Positions 24,462-37,369 of a stretch of DNA of 64,000 nucleotides are shown one piece after another. Source of the stretch: Podarcis pityusensis (lineage: Eukaryota); the NCBI GenBank assembly GCA_964106645.2, contig OZ067039.1; one strand, 5' to 3'. The notes below the pieces were generated by a model. The model saw only the letters and a program-made list of their open reading frames with translations. It made no database searches and was not told the DNA's origin. A program made the translations under genes and the position numbers. Positions within the stretch are counted from its first letter, which is position 1; the number at the start of each line of letters is the position of its first letter.

Positions 24462-25600
24462 CATTCTTCACCACTTAAGTCTTAAACGTTACAATGATTT
24501 TAACCGCTCGTACAGCCAGACTTTGGCATCTCCCAAATGGGGAGAAGGAAGGGATGGGCAGTTGAGAGGACAGGCATTTCGCCCTTTTGCTTTCACAGCT
24601 CATGATGGCTTATTCCTTAATGAGCTTTTGTGCTCAGTTGTTAGAAACTTACACTGCTCCCTGCCAATGTATTACCTTAATTTTATTCAGACCCCATATC
24701 ATTGGTCTCCTCCTCTTTAAGTGGAAACAGTGCATGTGAGATGGGGGTGGGCCCTGGTCTTCAGTGCTTCCTCTTCCATCACCCTCTCTGCTTCACTTTG
24801 GGGAGGAGATCCTAAGTAAACCAAGGAAATTCTGGTTTTGAATTCCCACTATGATCCTGGGAAGAAATATTATCCAAAATGACCCACTGATATTTCTTTG
24901 TGGAAGAGGATTAGCCTCGCACAGATATTTATTCTGCAGCTTAGCCACTTAGCATGCTGCCAAGGGGACTGAACCCACCTTAAGGTCAAATGCTGGGTTT
25001 AATGTACTTTGCATGGGCAGAATCTGTGTTGGGGGCATTCAGTGTGCATCTGATTAGCAGATCTGTGCCAGTACAAACATGCTTGGTTTTACGTGAAGAG
25101 TGAATGGTAATAAACACTCTTAAATTCTAGCTGTTCACACCTCAATAATGAGGTAGCAATTCCCATAACCACTGAGATCGTGCTCTATTTCTAGCCCTCT
25201 GAGAGTACATACTGATAAAGCTTGAGTAGCTGTTTATCTTGCGGCGTGTGTTCTTTTTTCTATTCACAATGGTGCCGGGGCTTGAAGGGTATAAGCTACT
25301 TATACCCAACAGAAGACACACATTCATTCCAGAAGAGATGCTCTCTCTGCCTTGTAACAGTGTGGATGAGCTCACAGGAAAACTGGAAAACCCAAGCAGT
25401 GACCTTTGAGCTATTTGCTTTGCAGAGGTATGCTCAGTGAGAAAGAGCCCTGACACTGAGCTGGAATAGAAAAGTTTTTCCTATTTATCCAAGGATTTAA
25501 CGAGTTATGGAAAGGGACTATATCTTATGATGATTTGCCTTTCTAAATGCTGGATCTCATTAAAGATAGGGACCCCTTAAATATAATTTAAACCATTCCT

Positions 25601-25725
25601 ACAGGGGTAGGAAGCTTGTGGTCATCAAGAGATTTTTGGACTACAGCTCCCATCACCCCTGACAGTCAGCCATGCAAGTTGGGCCTCATGGGACTTGGCA
25701 TCCCGACGACGTCGGAAAGAGTCTT
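25601..25725. mobile_element. Small hairpin hAT-type MITE (degenerate)
   Basis: caggggtaggaagcttgtgg...ggactacagctcccatcacccctgac. Confidence 0.6.
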
Positions 25726-26864
25726 CATCTTTGCCTTATCCTAAATTAAAACTTGAAGGCAAAAGAAGGTCTCCTTCCAGTTTTTCAGGAATCTGTAATG
25801 CTTTATAAATTCAAGAGGTATTTAAATATTCTCATTGGAAGCAGAAATGGTTGTTTTGAGAGTGAACAGCCGTTTCATGCAATCTTAATTTGTCAGTCAC
25901 CACCCTTCCTCCCCACACAATCCTTCATCTTTTCCCTCAATTAGCAGAGGTTATTTGAAATAAAATGCTTTGAGGAGGAGAGTGGCAAATATTTTCTTTC
26001 CAGAGCCTTTCTTATTTTTCTTGCTTTTAAACACCACATACAATACTTATCTTCTGTTTTATAAGCACTTTTTGGAATAGAGGATGCCATACTGGCCAGA
26101 GTTGTTGGTTTGTCCAATCTATTATTCTGTCATTTTCAGCATGCAAAATCCTCCCTTCCAATCCTTCCATTTCCTCAAAAAAAAACCACCCCTGCATTCA
26201 ACTATACAGTTCATTAGGGATGAGTGAGGAGGAGAATGTGTCCTTTAACTTGAATATTTGAAAACTCAACCTTGCAGTGAAATCCTATTATTCATGGTAC
26301 ATTGTTACCAACTTACTTTCTTCCTAGTAGATCAGTTCTTATCACTGGTATTTTTGAAGAAAATAGTCGATAGTTCTTGTCTAGCTGCAGATGGCGGTGG
26401 AATGTATATATTATATATTTGCACTTTGATCAATTTGGCTGCAGGGATCCCATCGCAGCAGATATTTGTGGTCTGCGTTCACTGTTGATCTACTCCTTGG
26501 TGCAATTCAAGGAGTGAGTTCAATTTGCAAAGCAGAATATGGATAGTTAGATAGTTCTTTATGCCATTGTGTCTGGTTGGGTGTCTGCATTACTCATTTG
26601 TTTCAGATCTAATATTTTCTAACTTCTCTTTTGTATATGTCTAATTGTAGCATATAGGACATTGCACTGGGTTTTAAATTTTATGCTGGGGATTGCCTAG
26701 AATTTAAGAGGTAGGGGTTGACTGAGAGTTGCATCTTGTTCTTGGGAACGTCACTTTGGACAATTGTAATCTAATATTCATGAGCACGTGTGAGCCTGTA
26801 GTTAGCTTGGCCTTTGTGTTCCCAGATCAGGAATGCACAATCTACCACCCTCTCAGCTTTTCTT

Positions 26865-27545
26865 ATATACAGACATACATACATACAACAAAAAAACAAT
26901 TCAAGATCCAAATATCGAGATTACTCTGAATCGCTTGACTTCCCCCCATCCCTCCCATGGGTCCTAATAATATTTACAACTGCATATCAGTACTTGTCCA
27001 AATTTTTATCCTTCCAAATTGTCTATACTTTCCATTACTTTACAAGTGGTGCTAAAATCCTGCCAAAGTTTTAACCTGTTTACAATGGTCTTGTAAATAA
27101 ATTATAAACGTTTTCCCATTCTTTTTAAAAGTTCTTATCTTCTTGGTTTCTAAACTTCCCAGTTAATTTCGCCACTTCGGCATAGTACATCAACTTGGTT
27201 TGCCATTCTTCTCTGGTAGTGGTTGTCTCTTCCTTCCATCCCTGAGCTAATAGCATCCATGCGGCTGTTGTCGCATACATAAACAGTCTTTTCTGGTCCT
27301 TTGGTATCTTGGTACCTATAATTCCTAATAAAAAAAGCTTCTGGTTTTTTAACAAAAGATATTTTAAACATTTTTTTCATTTCATTATATCTCATCTCCC
27401 AGAAACTTTTAGTTACTTTACACATCCACCACATATGATAAAAGGTACCTTCTTTTTCTTTACATTTCCAACAAGTATTTGGACTTGTTCTGTACATTTT
27501 TGCTAACTTAACCGGGGTCAAATACCACTGGTTTTCAATATACAT
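26865..27545 (-). mobile_element. L1-clade LINE 3' fragment (ORF2 zinc-knuckle region plus 3' UTR), 5'-truncated
   Basis: WYLTPVKLAKMY..CWKCKEKEGTFYHMWWMC (C-x2-C-x8-H-x4-C) in ORF 27150..27686; continues after a frameshift into ORF 27125..27355. Confidence 0.9.
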
Positions 27546-29599
27546 TTTCAATATACTTTTTTTTGGTACTGTACTGGTTTTCAATATACATTTTTTTGGT
27601 ACTGTACTGGTACCTCCTGAAAGGTGTCTGTTCTGAATCATGGTTAAGGCATTCTGAGATAGGTACCAGCTCTCAGGGATGGGCACTATGATCTTTTCAC
27701 ATGGAAGACTGAACTATGGATGAAAATGGCCCCCAAGGTAAATTCCTTCCCTAGTATTCTCCATATGTGCAGGAAAGGGAGTCTCTTTGTGCCTAGTGAG
27801 GAAGTGAGGCCAACAAATTGCAAAGCTCTGCATTTTTCACTTACTCCCAGTGGATGCTGCACAAGATGATTAATATTTTAACATCTTTGTGTTCTCTGTT
27901 TTACTTTTAACACTGGAGCACTTTAAATCACTTGGGAAGAAGAAGGTCTGTCTATTCTCCAGTTACATAAACAATTGGGGGTACTAGGATGAAAAAGGAA
28001 AATAATTTGGGTGGAGTTAGGAGAGAAGGTAGGATGAAGAAAACTGTTTTACATGTAACGTCAAAAACTTAAATTTTCCAGCGCCTGGTGTGAGTGTGGA
28101 GTTAGATTCCTATGTTCTGCTGGAATTGAGTTCTACAGAACCTCTGAAAGTGTCTTGTAAACAATGTGTTGGAAAATAGAGAGAATATTCCAGGTCTTCA
28201 AACAAATGCCTGTCCTGTTTTTCCACCCATCCCCATGTGGATAGGCCTCATTTATTAGAGGATGAAAAATGAGTCAATGACCTTGTCCACTGCCCTTCCC
28301 ACATTTTATGTATTTGAGTCCTGTTTACTAGAGATGTAAAATTTATGGAACTGCTAGCAGCATTGATAAACCTCCCCCCCCCTTTGTGGGTAGGATGGGG
28401 GTAATGATGAACATTTTGTGAAACACTGAAATATTAGTGGTATGTGCTTGAGAGTTCATACTGCATTTGATAATAGCCATTGGGGTCAAAAGTACTTTAA
28501 GAATAGAGATGCCCTTAAAATACAACAAACTAATGTTTGAAATAAGGAATTGCAAAGTTATATTGAATTGAATTTCCAAAATATAGTAACTGCCACCAGA
28601 TGTTAATAAAATAATACTGACAGTGAACCAGCCATTTACATCAGTGTAACCATTTCTATTGTAGCTTTGAAAAAATGGTTCCCCCCCCCCCATATTCTAA
28701 AACCGGTATTTGAAGACTCCATGGTTTGTCATCTTAACCCAACACACTGTTATTTCTACAAATTGATCCTCTGTACCAATTGGTCAGGATCCTTAGGGTT
28801 GGGGTTTTTGTTTTTTTACACTTAACTGCCAATCCCAATTTGCTTTTAAAAGTCTGCCAGCCTTCAAAAGCGGCTTGCCATGTGTATCGGAGGACCGCTG
28901 CTGAGATTACAAGCCCCGGTCCTGAAGTGGTTGATGAATCTCTCTGGAATGTGGTCCTTGAACTAGCTTCAAGCCTTTCACATCTTGGTTTGATGCTTAA
29001 CTTTTGTGCATTTCCAAATGTACCTGATAGGCCGTAATCAGAGAGGATTCCCCCCCCCTTTTAAATTGCTCTTAATAAAATTAGAACAGGTAAAAAATAT
29101 TTAAAATCAAAATAGTGGTTGGATATTAAATTTTAAATACTCCCTTGTTTATTTATTTGTTTTTGGAGGTAAGATTTGAAAGATAGGCTTAACTGTGGGG
29201 TACAGACCCGTTTGAATGGAACTAAAAAACACCTGACAGGCATGCCACATTAGTCCTCTTGCCATTGTCAATGTTTCTCTGTCTTAAAGTGGATATATGT
29301 TGACAGCTAGTGCAATTGCCATTTCACACAGCTTCCTTGTAAAAGACCTGTTGCCTAGCTTAACTTGCTTCATCCCAAAGGGTTTTTTTAAAAAAAAAAT
29401 CTTTGAAATTACCCAAATGAATGATTCACATAAGTATATGTAATTATCTATGGAAGAATGAATCATCTTGCAGCTGCTTCCAGTTAATGTCTATCATTTA
29501 TGAAATAGTTCAGATACTATTTGGGAGAAATTGACACTCTGTAACTATACTGTTTGGGTCCCCCTCTGCATGTTTGTACTGCTCTCCTGGCCTGCCATC

Positions 29600-29855
29600 A
29601 TCCAAAGATTTGGGTATTTGCGCTACCCTTATGCGGATGACACCCAATCCATCTCTCCATTCTATTTGAATCAGTAGTAGCAGCTGTGCAGTGCTGGACC
29701 AGTGTCTGGAGGAAGTGATGGGCTGAATGAGGATCAGTAAACTAAGGAGCTGGGATGGACAGGCAATCCCTGTGTCTGGAAATTAGGAGGACAACCTGTT
29801 CTGGAAGGGTGTGCACTCCCTTCTCTAGAGGAACAGGTTTGTAGTGTGTGCTCTT
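29600..29855 (+). mobile_element. L2-clade LINE RT fragment, degenerate
   Basis: tatgcggatgacacccaa (YADDTQ), followed by remnants of LDQCLEEVMG(W)MR.SKLK and PVLEGCALP. Confidence 0.75.
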
Positions 29856-30312
29856 GAAGTAGTATAAAATACTTGCATTCTGGCTATTTTGTGATGGCTG
29901 TGGATCCGCTGACAAAGCTCTGAAATCTTAATATCTTTCTTTGTGTTTCTTCTTGTGTACTAATACTTTATCCCTTGCTCCAGCCCTTCAGGGTGGAGGA
30001 AGCTACTCATCCAGTGGAAATGATTTCTTTTTACCAGAAAGAAGCTAAAGAACAGTTTTGGAAATGGCAACATTACCCTCTTTGTTCTTACCCCAGCACA
30101 GAATCAACATTGTGTCATTTAAATTTTTTTTTAAGGCAGTTGCTACTTCCTCTAGAGGTCTATATTGCTGTTTTAATACAAATCACTCTCTTGATGATTA
30201 CCAAATCCATTCCACTGCATGCTTGCAATAACTTAGGCTTTTTACTATTTTGCTTGACTGCTAGTGATATATTGATGTGATCTTTAGAGAGGAAGAGATG
30301 ATTGAGCTAGAA

Positions 30313-30643
30313 CAGGGGTCTGCAACCCACGGCTCCGGAGCCGCATGTGGCTCTTTTACACCTTTGCCGCGGCTCCAGGGCGGATACTAGCGAGGGGAGG
30401 AGGCGCATTGTGCGCCCCGACACTCCCCACTGTGGCGGGCGCTGTACTGGCTGTGACGTCGCATGGGGGCGGTGCGTGCGTTAGTCATGCACCGTCCCGA
30501 CGTCACCTTCCCGCCCGCTGTCAGATCGGACGGCAGCAGCGCGCATGCTTTAAATGTCGCAATGGTTTTGCGGCTCCCAGGTTTTTTTTTCTTCGGAAAT
30601 GGGTCCAAGTGGCTCTTTTTGTCTTAAAGGTTGCAGACCCCTG
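30313..30643 (+). mobile_element. hAT (Charlie/SPIN-like) MITE, 331 bp (orientation arbitrary)
   Basis: TIRs caggggtctgcaacc / ggttgcagacccctg; 8-bp TSD agctagaa (30305-30312 and 30644-30651); CpG-rich. Confidence 0.93.
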
Positions 30644-33624
30644 AGCTAGAATAATAGCAGGGAATCTTAGGAGATTGCAAGGAAGGACATTTTTTCATAT
30701 TCTTGTGTAGTGGGAAGTAGAAATGTCCTAGGTGACCATTTAAGGGCAAAACAAAACATTACCTGTCTTGCCTACCACCCTATTTTGCCTTTTTCACAAC
30801 AAGATCTTCATTGAGCTGTTGACTCATGGTCAGTCACCATCTGTTAGGATCCGGTTCACATATATGATTTTATTTTATTTAGAAGATTTATAAACCGCTC
30901 AATTGAAGAGCTCTCTAAGCAGTATACAATAAGTCGTATCTTTGGTCTCAGCTTTAAATCATAACCAACTGTGCTTTGGATATCTTCTCTGTTTGAGTCC
31001 TTGCATTCTTGAATTTTGGGACAGTGCCATCACATATGGAGATCATCAGCTGCTATTTGTCCACATTTTCAACATCCGTATGTTTTGTTCTTATCAGTTT
31101 TATTTAATTTATTTAGGGTTAAATGCCAGCTATATTACAGTTGATAAAAAAGCTAAAACTGACACAGATGGCATTGCTTGCTGTGCCAGTAAAAACAGAT
31201 GTCCATCTGCATAGAAGTGTCAGTCATATTTTACCCATCTCTTTCTAAAAAAATTCCTTTTTCTGTAACAGTTATTTCATTAGAGGACGGTATATTTTTG
31301 ATGGTAACCCCTTAGTATTGTCTGTTGTTAGAACTTAGTATTCAAATCCTGAATACAAGGTTCCTTTTCTAAGAATTTCCATGGTTACATTATTTCCCAG
31401 TTGACAAATTTGGAACCGGTGGGGGTGATAAGAATGGCTTTTCACAATGTCATTGACTCTTATAATACTGTTTTTTTACTCGTAGAGCACTCCATTTGCA
31501 GTGCTAAGTGTTTCATTACAAATAAAATATGACAAAAGGGATATAGAAGGACTTTAAAATATTTGTGCAAGATGTTAGCGTTTTTCATATTGTTCAAGAA
31601 CTCTGACATTTTAGGCTTCTGATGTTTCTCAAACTCACTTTTAAACCCCAAGGTAGGTTAGTAAATGGCATTTTAGCATTACCCGGTTCCATCACATACT
31701 CAGGATCAGTTTGGTGCTCTTTGGCAATTAAATTCTGTGTTAGACATTTATATTGCAGACTACATGATGCAGTTGCAGCTAACTAACCCCCTTTTATGGC
31801 AGGAAAAGTGAAAACTGGTTGTTCTGGAGCAGTAAGTAAGTAGAAGCTGCTTTTCTTCCGTTTTTCACAGTTTATGCTTCTGGGATGAATAATCTGTAAG
31901 TAATTTGCCCACGCAAATTAGGCAGTCTGTACTGTAAAGACTAGGCACTAATAGCACCTTCCCCATTCTGACTGCTCATTCACCCATTGCTGCCTCTGCC
32001 TCTGAAAAGCTGCCTAGCATTTGTTTATGGAAGTCCAGAGCATGTAGTGAAAAAGCTGAGTAACAGTCCTTCTTCCTTTTCCCAGAGAGAGTGCAGGGGA
32101 AGATGCATTGGGCTTAATATGACCTCAGAAATAACTTCCTTAATCACAAGTTTGTAGAGGGGGAGTAAGCTTGTTGCGCCACCTGTATCGCACTATTCCC
32201 TTTTCATATGTTAATCAGTAATTAATCTTGATTTTTGTTGGGTTTAGGAGTTTTACTCTTGGCACATGTGCAGAACCAATTATATCGTAAATCACCCGTG
32301 TTTCAGCAAATGTCATTCTGATAGTTCCCTACTGCATAGAGCACTACTAGTAAAACATTTGAGGTCAGGAACTTGGATTCCTCAACCACTGTATTCAAGG
32401 AAACCCATTTATTGTTCTGTCTCAGTAGAAAAGGTTCATTTCTCTTAGACTTATATCACATTGGCAGCCAATCAAGGAAAGTCATAATTGCATTTATGCA
32501 ATTGGGGGCGGGTGAGCTGAGGCCGCATTAATCTGTCTTAATGAATTAATACCACTGGCCTCTTTTCACCCCCAATATGAATGTGGCAGATTCTTAAGAA
32601 TACAGTATTTTACGTTCTTTATTGAGCAAGAATTACGCTTTGGGCACTCAAACAGAGTGCTTGACCTGCGTCTCTCGCACTGTAAAATTGCTAAATGTAT
32701 TCTTTGTACTTGATTCTGCAGAAGGATTTAGAGAGACTTGCCATGGATTGCATGAAGCAGTATTCATCTCAAATTATCCCGAGCTGACTACTGGGCCTTT
32801 TTGATAGCCTTCTTGTGATGATTTGTGCTGTGGATGATAAAGATGGATGATTTTAAAAAATCAGTTAAAAGGATCTTTCAGGCTAACTATTAAATTAGGT
32901 ATATGTAAACTGGAGGGAAAAGCAATCATACCATGTCCTATTTGGGAAATGAGAATTGGCAGCTTTCTTCTTGTCATCACATCAGCTGCTTGAATTGTGC
33001 AGAGTCTAATCATATCTCCAGGTTGTTCAGAGAGCATGTTGATTAGATACAATATACAAAAGTGCTTATAAGAGCACCCTGCATTTAAGGGAATTGCTTT
33101 TGCGCTTGCCAAAATCAGGGATGTGAGCTCTTTAATCTTGCCGCCAGCTCAGTGGGAAGAAGATGGTGCATCTGTTTCAACATTTTCAGTGTCCTTGGTG
33201 CTCATAAATGTGTCCAGCTCTCCTTCTCAGGGTGTCCTAAATGTGCCCCAGCTCTCCTTGGGCTAAATTAGTAAAATCATGACTCAAAGGCTGCATCATA
33301 GATAATCCAAATTAGATTTTCTATTTCTGTAACAATGTTTTGGCAATGGCTCGTGAAAGGCAAGGAAGGGCATGTGTTGGGCATTAGACAGGGCAACAAA
33401 GATAGGAAGACACTTTGAGACACATGGACCCAGAAGCTCAGCCCCGTGACTGGAATGCATATCCGAGTCCTGTATTCCAGTTTTGCTCCACACTATACCA
33501 TATACAAAGGTAAATGAAGTATTTATAGCTTGGAATTCTTCTTGTTATGGCCCACACTCAGGCAAGCATCAACAGCCAATGCAATTTAGACAAATGTTTA
33601 TTAACACCAACTCAAGGATGAAGA

Positions 33625-33727
33625 AGTTGTTGGACTCTAATTGTTAGTAGCCCCAGCCAACATGATCAGGGATGATGGGAGTTGTAGCCCTCCAACATCT
33701 GGAGGGCCACAGGTTACCTATTCCTGC
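33625..33727. mobile_element. Small hairpin hAT-type MITE (partial)
   Basis: gggatgatgggagttgtagccctccaacatctggagggccacaggttacc. Confidence 0.65.
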
Positions 33728-35139
33728 TTTAGATCCCCACTGTGCAAACCAGACCTATTCATTCTTGCAGCCCTCTCCAGAGAGAGGATTTTAAATGTAT
33801 AACTTCATCACAAGTCTATAATTCCATCTTTAGTTGTGCTCCTTGACGTGTCCTGACAAGAGCTGGTGTCAGGGTTTGACTCCAGTTTTTGCTAATCGGC
33901 CATTTATAATTAATGCTGGTTTTTGTTCCCACAGTTATTTAGAAAGAGCTTTCACGTATTCTAGGAAACAGATAGTGGATCCTTTTGTAGAACTAAGGGC
34001 AGAGTAAGGCAGTTTAATCAGCAATATTTTTTGTAGATGACACAAGATGGACAACTCTGACTAAGAAAGTCTTCTATGCATTATTATCCCAGTTTCAAGT
34101 TCTAGCCATGTGGCACACTTCAAAACCTGATTCCATCCTGGCCCAGAATTACCATCCTTCCACACAGTGCTGCTGTCCTGGCTGCAGAGTGGGTTGTTTC
34201 TTCTGGTTCTTATTACTTAATGCAGCCTCTGTATCTGTATGTATGCATAGCTTTCCTGTTTCCATTATTGTGTCTGGAGCAGACACAGCCTGACATACTT
34301 AGCATTACCTCCCCTGGTGCTTTCCATATAATCTGACTGGATGGGGAAGGGTGAAGAGAGTGAGGCTGCTGAGTGACTCTGCTGGGAGCAATGGAGCTTT
34401 TGGCTGGGGCGCTGTGGTCCTCCCCACATGGGCCAAATGCACGGCCATACTTGCCGTTCCATAACGATCCCATTCACATTGGCTTAGCATTAGCGCCCTG
34501 GTTCCCAGCAGGAACTCATTGGAAACTATTTATCATTTCTGACACAGAAGGTAAAATCCCTCTTGTTTTATTGAAAATACACTCTTCAAGTTTTCATTTA
34601 ACAGCTGCTATGAGGAGTCTGCCGAGTGCTGGGAACTGTTCTGTGAGAACCGCAGCAATGCGCCAGAGAAGTTAGCAGTCAGAACTCAGTAAAATGAGGC
34701 AGTATGGTCGTTAATCATATCTGTTTACTGACAGGAGGCTCATGATATATCACTTGGCCCACCTGTTGGATTAATGCTTTTCCTGAATGTTTGCAAATGT
34801 TTTTTTGCTAGACAGGTGAATGTTATCTTTTCCTCATTCTGGGAGACGTGAGGTGCAGAAGTATGAAGCCAGCGTAGTCAACGCGGTCAGTGACAAGGGA
34901 AGAGTTTCTTTGAGCTCCTGATATCTATGGACATTGATTATGCTCTATAATTTCTTATTTGTTTCCTTCTGATCTGGTCTAGAACTCTTTGTATGTCAAA
35001 ATGTAGGATGCAGGAATGGACAATTGGGCATACTCTGCCTCTTTTATAGGTTTTGCCATTTATGGATACCTTTCACCATCCAGTGGTTGAAATCAAGGCT
35101 TGAGCAACCATGATTGTGTTCTTTTCATTTTATCTTGTA

Positions 35140-35380
35140 CAGTGGTACCTCTGGTTACAAACTTAATTCGTTCCGGAAGTCCGTTCTTAACCTGAAACTG
35201 TTCTTAACCTGAAGCACCACTTTAGCTAATGGGGCCTCCTACTGCCGCCATGCTGCTGGCGCGCAATTTCTGTTCTCATCCTGAGGTAAAGTTCTTAACC
35301 CGAAGTACTACTTCCAGGTTAGCGGAGTCTGTAACCCGAAGTGTTTGTAACCCGAGTGTTTGTAACCCGAGGTTCCACTG
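35140..35380 (+). mobile_element. Tc1/mariner (pogo/Tigger-like) MITE (orientation arbitrary)
   Basis: TA|cagtggtacctc...gaggttccactg|TA; same family as 37144-37369. Confidence 0.9.
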
Positions 35381-35399
35381 TATGAGCAGTTTCTTTAAA

Positions 35400-35728
35400 A
35401 TTTTTGATGTATACCCCACCTTTCCTCCACATTGCTCAAATACATTGGTTTTTCTCTCCCCATTTTGTCCTCAATAACCCTGTAAGCAGTGCTTTTTTTC
35501 AGGGGGTACTCAAGGGAAGGGCACTCAGTACCAGCACCTCTTTTTTTGGTTAAAAAGTTGTGACACTTACTGTAACAACTTCGTGGTGAGTACTGGCACC
35601 TATTTTTCTAGAAAAAAAAGACAGCCACTGCCTAAGGTAACCCAGTGAGCTTCATAGGTGAGTGGAGATTTCAACCCCGGTCTCCCAGGTCCTAATACAA
35701 AACTCTAACCGCTGCACCACACTGACCC
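35400..35728 (-). mobile_element. tRNA-derived SINE interrupted by a hAT-like MITE (about 35487-35630)
   Basis: The reversed tRNA-like head with A/B boxes gagatttcaaccccggtctcccagg...ctctaaccgctgcaccacactg and the body tttgtcctcaataaccctgtaag are split by an insert starting cagtgctttttttc and ending gaaaaaaaag...cactg. Confidence 0.65.
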
Positions 35729-37143
35729 TTGCACTGTTTCTGCTCTGAAAACGTGAACCAAATGCTATGTAGTTGAAAATGATCTAGGTGCAAGTAAGTC
35801 CAGTCCAGCTCCCTAATTCCTGGAGGACTGCCACCAAAGGATGTCAAGCCTTGCCATATGCACCTCGTACAAAGCTGAGATGGAAAATCCACTGAATGTT
35901 TCTGGGATGCACCCCTATGAAAAGAATCTCCTTGGCCTAGGAAGGAGCCCATTCCTAGCAGCAGCATTTGAGAAAATCTAGAGCTGTGCTCCAGGCTTGC
36001 AAAGCAGCCGGCATCTCAGCTTCATATCCTGTAATATATTTAGGGAGAATTGGCTTCCGGAAGGATGCCCCTGGTTTACTACTTTTTCATAGACTTGGAT
36101 CCCAAAGTGCATCTCAGGGCTCTTTTGGAATGACTTGATGCATGTTAATTTAATGGGAGATAGAGACATGGGATGAATGCAGATGATCAACCTGCCAAGT
36201 AATAAATGTGGGGAAGCTTGTTTGTTTCTTTAAAAGTGGGTTGAAGTGCAGCAGTAAAGATGACCATGGCTGGCTTAGTAGGATTCTGTGGTTGCTCTTG
36301 CTCCACCCCTAATTAGTTAGTCAGTCAGTTGTTCTGTTGCCATGGAGTAAAGACGAACTCCACCATGCATCGCTGCAGTGTCTTGTCTCTAATTCCCAGC
36401 TCTTTGTTTCGGAAAGTAGATACTTAATATATCCTCACCAATAAAGCATTCTCTCTTAGAGGATTTTTTTTCTGGGGTGGGGAATTTGGGACATTTAAAA
36501 AAGTAGATTGTGCTTTAAGTAATAGATGTGAAGGCATATGCTCTGTGTACTTTTGCATCGTAAAAGCAATATTTTGTATGCACATCCCACAGAGACTCTC
36601 AAAACTGACCTCGCAAAACCATCAGGATTTCACAGGGGTCTTTCCCAGGCCTATCAGGAAATAAATTGGGACCTTCTGCATGTAAATGCTGTACCCCTGG
36701 CCTGCAGTAATAGTTAGGTTCTGTTCCCTAAGGGGGAAAATACAGTAGTCATGAGATTAGCTCGGAGGAATATCTTCCCCCTCTCAGTGTCACGTGCCAT
36801 GGATTCGGCTCACCAGTTTACCAAATGGTAAATGTGGGAAGTCTCATTGAGAAAGGGCTCTCATCTTTTACCCCACAGTCAGATGTGTGACAGAAAAAAC
36901 TGCACCACATTTTAGAAATTCTGTAGGACAGGGATCTCACATTAATGCCATTAAAAAGTGTATCACATGCTTAAAACAACTACATCAGCATAAACATTTA
37001 AAATTCACAGTGAAAAATTACAAATAAGCAATATCGCACAAAGAGCAGATAAAGTAAAAGTAGCCAGTTAAACATCTTTAAATTCAAAATGCACACTAAA
37101 TAAAATTGTCAAACAGCTTAGACGAGTTACCCTATTAGCTCTA

Positions 37144-37369
37144 CAGTGGTACCTCGGGTTACATACACTTCAGGTTACAGACTCCGCTAACCCAGAAATA
37201 GTACCTCGGGTTAAGAACTTTGCTTCAGGATGAGAACAGAAATCATGCAGTGGCAGTGCAGCGGCAGCAGGAGGCCCCATTAGCTAAAGTGGTGCTTCAT
37301 GTTAAGAACAGTTTCAGGTTAAGAACAGACCTTCAGAATGAATTAAGTACTTAACCCGAGCTACCACTG
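37144..37369 (-). mobile_element. Tc1/mariner (pogo/Tigger-like) MITE, inverted relative to the 35140 copy
   Basis: TA|cagtggtacctcgggtta...taacccgagctaccactg|TA; the interior is the reverse complement of the 35140 copy (ccccattagctaaagtggtgcttca versus tgaagcaccactttagctaatgggg). Confidence 0.9.

Noticed and set aside
27150-27686. 178-aa ORF, the longest in the track
   Set aside because: It is a chimera of flanking DNA, junction repeats and a frameshifted L1 ORF2 tail, not a gene.
30345-30644. Near-identical ORFs at 30345 (+) and 47200 (-) that look like a duplicated gene
   Set aside because: Both lie within copies of the same hAT MITE; GC richness explains the open frames.
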